From NCBI GenBank assembly GCA_037444665.1, contig JBBILZ010000004.1, positions 1 through 64,000 of the forward strand: 64,000 nt of DNA. Reading direction: 5' to 3'. The notes beneath the pieces are model-generated. The model was not told the origin of the DNA and made no database searches. It worked only from the letters and a program-made list of their open reading frames with translations. The stretch is from a candidate division WOR-3 bacterium. Lineage in GTDB: Bacteria > Hydrothermota > Tepidihabitantia > SM23-42 > JAOAFX01. This document shows positions 59,685 through 64,000 of this stretch, in pieces; position 1 is the first letter of the stretch; each line of letters opens with the position of its first letter. The translations under genes and the position numbers were made by a program.

Positions 59685-60769
59685 ACTAAATACTCCTTTT
59701 TAATATCACCTTTCTCTGCATATAGTCCATTGGCAAAATCGGGCATTTCTTTAAGGGCTGATTCAAAACCCAGCTCAGCAATAACACGGAGATATGGAAA
59801 GATTCCTGAAGAAATTGCATGTGTTGCAGTGCGCGCAACCAATGTTGTAGCATTCGGCATACAGAAATGGACAACGCCATCAATTGAATAAATAAATCGT
59901 CCGGTCGGCGTGATCTTCGCAGTCTCTATGGAACCACCCTGGTCAATATCAAAATCAATAATCACCGAGCCCTTCTTCATTGTCTTTACCATATCTGAGG
60001 TAACTAATACGGGCGTCCTTTTGCCAGGCACGAGGACTGCGCCAATCACAACATCAGCAAATCTTACGAGTTTCTCAAGATTATGCCTTGTGGAGAACAT
60101 CGTGGTAATTCTGGTACCTATTGTATGACACATCAGGTTATCAAGTTTATCCCTTACCACATCAACAATATAGACATTGGCACCAAGCGAGGCAAAACTG
60201 ATTGCTGCATTTGAACCAAGTGTGCCGCAACCTAAAATCACAACCTCTGCTGAAGGTATACCTGGTAAACCACCAAGCAAAATTCCCCTACCACCACCAG
60301 GTGATTCCAGGAGTCTACCCGCAAGTTGAACTGAAAGTTTCCCTGCCATCTCACTCATCGGTATTACAATAGATCGGAAGAGCTCTTCGCGCTGGACGAT
60401 TTCGTATCCCACAAGTGTAATCTTCTTTTCCCTTATTACCTGAAAAAACTCTTTTGTTGCGGTTACAAGGTGCATAAACCCCATTATTATCTGTCCATCT
60501 TTTATTAAAGAGTATTCTTCTTGCTGGGGTCTGCGAACTTTAAGCACAATATCAGCACGGCGATATGCCTCTTCTTTTGAATATACTATCTCTGCACCAG
60601 CCTTTATATATTCTTCATCAGTAAATCCTGCACCCTCACCCGCACCGGTTTCCACATAAACCTTTGCTCCATAAATGAGCAATTCTTTTACCGCCATCGG
60701 TGAAAAACCAACTCTATATTCAGGAACTTCTTTGAATGGCGGTAATTCTCTTGGTATTCCAAAATTCAT
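59681..60769 (-). CDS. ald: alanine dehydrogenase family protein
   Basis: GIPRE..EYRV, VETGAG, LKVRRP, FMHL, PMSEMAG, GAVLVPG, DIDQGG. Confidence 0.8.
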   Translation of the reverse strand: MNFGIPRELPPFKEVPEYRVGFSPMAVKELLIYGAKVYVETGAGEGAGFTDEEYIKAGAEIVYSKEEAYRRADIVLKVRRPQQEEYSLIKDGQIIMGFMHLVTATKEFFQVIREKKITLVGYEIVQREELFRSIVIPMSEMAGKLSVQLAGRLLESPGGGRGILLGGLPGIPSAEVVILGCGTLGSNAAISFASLGANVYIVDVVRDKLDNLMCHTIGTRITTMFSTRHNLEKLVRFADVVIGAVLVPGKRTPVLVTSDMVKTMKKGSVIIDFDIDQGGSIETAKITPTGRFIYSIDGVVHFCMPNATTLVARTATHAISSGIFPYLRVIAELGFESALKEMPDFANGLYAEKGDIKKEYLV

Positions 60770-60779
60770 TGAGCCTCCT

Positions 60780-62411
60780 CTAAATATTTCTGTTCAAAGA
60801 CCTTATCCTGGGCACATTTCGTATTGCCTCTTCAATCATAAATCCTGACAGGATAAGCAAAATTATAGAAATTGCGCCCAGCATAATTTTTTGTGCAGAT
60901 AAAAACTTAATTGTTTGTAGCACTAATGATACAATGGTAACTACAAGCATAAATATTGCCGGAATTAATGTATACAAAGTTGTTTTTTTTCTGCTCATAA
61001 GCCAGGTTGTAACAACCAGCAATGCTAAAGCAGCAACGAGCTGATTAGATGCACCAAATACAGGCCAGATACTCTGCCATGGTCCTAAAGCGAGATAGGT
61101 TGCCAACCCAATGACGACCAAACTATTTATATATATATTTTTCATAAACCCGATCCTGAACCGCTCACCAAAAAGTTCGGTGCCAATATAACGGGTAATC
61201 CTTGTTGCTGTGTCCAGAGTTGTGACAATAAATGTTTTGAGCATTGTAATACCAATAAACATTCCTAAAAAACCAAGCAGTGGCTTTGTAATCTCACCAT
61301 ATCCTTTTCCAAATGCTACAATCCAGTTACCACCTTTTATCAATTCCGGATAGACAAAGCCTTCTGGACCTCCAAACCAGTAAAGACCAGCACAGACCGA
61401 AATCACTGCGAGCACGCTCAAGACACCTTCGGTGATCATTGCACCATAACCAACCCTCTTCGCATCCCTTTCATTGTTCAACTGTTTTGATGTGGTTCCA
61501 CTGGCAACAAGGGAATGGAAACCTGATATTGCACCACAGGCGATCGTAACAAACATCATCGGAAATAAAAGACCTTCGCTTCCGGGAAAACTTACAAATG
61601 CCGGTGTTTTAATAACCGGATGGGTAATGATTATTCCGATATATCCCACAATCAGTCCAAAGAACAAAACAAAAAACGAAAGATAATCCCTGGGTTGTAG
61701 TATAATATTTACGGGCAGGATAGAGGCAGTATATGCATAGGCAATCAAAAGCGTAAAGAGCCAGCCATGATAGGTCCATTTTATCGGTAAATACCAGCCA
61801 AGAAGAATGAGTCCGCATAAAATTAGTATACCAACAACTGTTGCAGTAATTGAGTTCACACGCCAGCGATAGAGCATAAGACCTGTAAGAATTGCTGTTG
61901 GAATAATACCGAATGTTGGAATGACAATCTCGGGCGTGGTTTCAAGGGTCTTCGCAGCAGAGGCAGCGAACACTGCAATAACCAGAATTAGAGAGAGCCA
62001 GATAAAAAGCGAAAATATTATCTTTGCCCTTACGCCCATTGTCGTTTCAGTGGTATCACCGATAGAACGGCCATCGCTTCTAATTGAAACCATCAAACTT
62101 GAAAAATCATGTATACCACCAATAAAGATTGAACCAAAGATTATCCAGAGTATTGCCGGACCCCAACCCCATATTGCACAGGCTATAACCGGACCAAGAA
62201 TTGGTCCCGCACCCGCAATAGAAGAAAAATGGTGGCCAAATAAAACTAACCAGTTCTTTGCCGGTACATAATCAACACCATCATATTTATAATGTGCTGG
62301 TGTCTTATTTTGTGGGTTAACATCAAATAATCTTTCAATTATTCTGCCATAATAACGATAACCAAGCATAAAGAGCAGAATGGCAAAGAATGCAATAAAA
62401 AGAGAATTCAT
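60780..62411 (-). CDS. cstA: carbon starvation protein A family transporter
   Basis: DGVDYVP, LFGHHFSSIAGAGPI, IACGAISGFHSL, WPVFGASNQL. Confidence 0.92.
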   Translation of the reverse strand: MNSLFIAFFAILLFMLGYRYYGRIIERLFDVNPQNKTPAHYKYDGVDYVPAKNWLVLFGHHFSSIAGAGPILGPVIACAIWGWGPAILWIIFGSIFIGGIHDFSSLMVSIRSDGRSIGDTTETTMGVRAKIIFSLFIWLSLILVIAVFAASAAKTLETTPEIVIPTFGIIPTAILTGLMLYRWRVNSITATVVGILILCGLILLGWYLPIKWTYHGWLFTLLIAYAYTASILPVNIILQPRDYLSFFVLFFGLIVGYIGIIITHPVIKTPAFVSFPGSEGLLFPMMFVTIACGAISGFHSLVASGTTSKQLNNERDAKRVGYGAMITEGVLSVLAVISVCAGLYWFGGPEGFVYPELIKGGNWIVAFGKGYGEITKPLLGFLGMFIGITMLKTFIVTTLDTATRITRYIGTELFGERFRIGFMKNIYINSLVVIGLATYLALGPWQSIWPVFGASNQLVAALALLVVTTWLMSRKKTTLYTLIPAIFMLVVTIVSLVLQTIKFLSAQKIMLGAISIILLILSGFMIEEAIRNVPRIRSLNRNI

Positions 62412-62421
62412 TCAGCCTCCT

Positions 62422-63975
62422 CTAAAATATGCTCTTCTCTTTATACTCTCCATAAACCTCACGCAGAATGTGCGAAATCTCGCCAACACTTGCATATAAT
62501 CTCACACAATGAAGAATATATTCCATCAAATTATCTCCATTCTCTGCAGCAGACTTTAACTGTCTCAGACTTTCTTTAATCTTCTTGTTATCCCTTTTTG
62601 ATAATACTGCTTTCAAACGCCCGATCTGTTTATTAACGACCGCAGGATTTACCTTTAAAATCTTCTGCCTCTTCTTTTCTTCACTCTTATATTTATTAAC
62701 ACCTAAAATATTTATTTCACCTTTTTCAATCTTTTGCTGGTAAATATAGGCGCTCTGATGAATTTCTTTCTGAAAATAACCCTGTTCAATTGCCCTGACC
62801 GCACCACCCATTGATTCAATCTTATCAAGATAATCCTTTGCCTCTTTTTCAATAATTCTGGTCATAGATTCAATGGCATACGAACCACCCAGTGGATCAA
62901 CAATATCAGGGATTGATGTTTCATAACCAATAATCTGTTGGGTGCGCAGGGCAAGTTTTACAGATTCCTCTGTAGGTAGACCAAGGGCTTCGTCATAAGA
63001 GTTTGTATGCAATGACTGGGTGCCACCAAGAACAGCAGCAAGCGCCTGATATGCAACCCTGATTGCATTGTTCACTGGTTCCTGGGCAGTAAGGGTTGAA
63101 CCACCGGTCTGGGTGTGAAATCTCAACATACAGGAACGATTATTCTTTGCACCAAATTTTTCCCGCATAATCCTTGCCCATAACCTCCTTGCGGCACGGA
63201 ACTTGGCAACCTCTTCAAGAAAATTATTATGGCAATTAAAGAAAAAGGAGAGCCTCGGGGCAAAATAATCAACATCAAGGCCCCTTTTTATTGCCTCTTT
63301 TACATAGGTAATACTATTGGCAAATGTAAATGCGACTTCCTGTACTGCAGTTGCACCTGCCTCGCGGATATGATAACCTGAAATAGATATCGTATTCCAC
63401 TTGGGAAGATTTTTACTACAATAATCAATCAAATCAATGGTCAATTTAAGTGATGGTTCAGGTGGGAAGATATATGTGCCACGGGCGATATATTCCTTCA
63501 GGATGTCGTTCTGAACTGTTCCTTCAAGCACTGATGGTGAAATCCCCTGTTTTTCAGCAACTGCGATATACATACACAAAAGGATTGAAGCAGTGGCATT
63601 AATCGTCATTGAAGTGCTGACTCTATCAAGGGGTATACCATCAAATAGAATCTCCATATCGGCAAGGGTATCAATTGCAACACCGGTTCTGCCAACTTCA
63701 CCTTCTGCCATTGGTTCATTAGAATCATAACCCATCTGGGTAGGTAAGTCAAAGGCAACAGAGAGCCCGGTCTGACCCTGTTTTAAGAGATATTTATATC
63801 GCCGATTTGACTCCTCAGCAGTGCCAAAACCTGCATACTGGCGCATCGTCCACAATTTACCCGAATACATTGTTGAATAGATGCCCCTGGTAAATGGATA
63901 GTCACCAGGATTACCCAGGTCCCGGGTATATTCTAAATCTTTAATATCTTCAGGAGTAAATAACATGGATGCCAA
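62422..63975 (-). CDS. methylmalonyl-CoA mutase, N-terminal (substrate-binding) subunit; start TTG 63975 or ATG 63966
   Basis: [52 protein letters not shown]; no B12-binding domain. Confidence 0.92.
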   Translation of the reverse strand: MASMLFTPEDIKDLEYTRDLGNPGDYPFTRGIYSTMYSGKLWTMRQYAGFGTAEESNRRYKYLLKQGQTGLSVAFDLPTQMGYDSNEPMAEGEVGRTGVAIDTLADMEILFDGIPLDRVSTSMTINATASILLCMYIAVAEKQGISPSVLEGTVQNDILKEYIARGTYIFPPEPSLKLTIDLIDYCSKNLPKWNTISISGYHIREAGATAVQEVAFTFANSITYVKEAIKRGLDVDYFAPRLSFFFNCHNNFLEEVAKFRAARRLWARIMREKFGAKNNRSCMLRFHTQTGGSTLTAQEPVNNAIRVAYQALAAVLGGTQSLHTNSYDEALGLPTEESVKLALRTQQIIGYETSIPDIVDPLGGSYAIESMTRIIEKEAKDYLDKIESMGGAVRAIEQGYFQKEIHQSAYIYQQKIEKGEINILGVNKYKSEEKKRQKILKVNPAVVNKQIGRLKAVLSKRDNKKIKESLRQLKSAAENGDNLMEYILHCVRLYASVGEISHILREVYGEYKEKSIF

Positions 63976-64000
63976 TCAATTATCTACAATTTTTGCTAAG

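Overview
AT-rich bacterial chromosome segment with no rRNA, tRNA or CRISPR array that I can recognise. Gene content (secreted BNR-repeat proteins with T9SS-like C-termini, several archaeal-type enzymes) is consistent with an uncultured anaerobe such as candidate phylum WOR-3; that placement is inference. Layout: an IS481-like element (68-1354); housekeeping and envelope genes at 3-24 kb (polA, an unusual Nudix-PanD fusion, radical SAM, a patA/dut/pimA-like cluster, a GGDEF protein, GalE-like epimerase, DUF58/BatA, CdaR, argF); an accessory zone at 24.4-38 kb with small minus-strand genes, several frameshifted genes, a duplicated outer-membrane protein gene and GTAG-type REP-like hairpins; CLC, MscS and a sugar ABC system at 38-44 kb; and a long minus-strand metabolic region at 46-64 kb (methylmalonyl-CoA mutase, CstA, Ald, CoA transferase, mce, Met gamma-lyase, purE/purC, archaeal-type HMG-CoA synthase/thiolase/DUF35, carboxyltransferase). 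The best candidate for an undescribed system is a family of about 30-bp inverted-repeat cassettes at gene junctions in that metabolic region. One copy encloses a four-helix-bundle (23S rRNA intervening-sequence-protein family) ORF that reads through the repeat arm in frame into methylmalonyl-CoA epimerase; two copies are empty. A second intergenic insert folds as a ladder of four-way junctions. Many genes also appear to be transcribed as leaderless mRNAs. All calls are from reading the sequence only; no searches were run.
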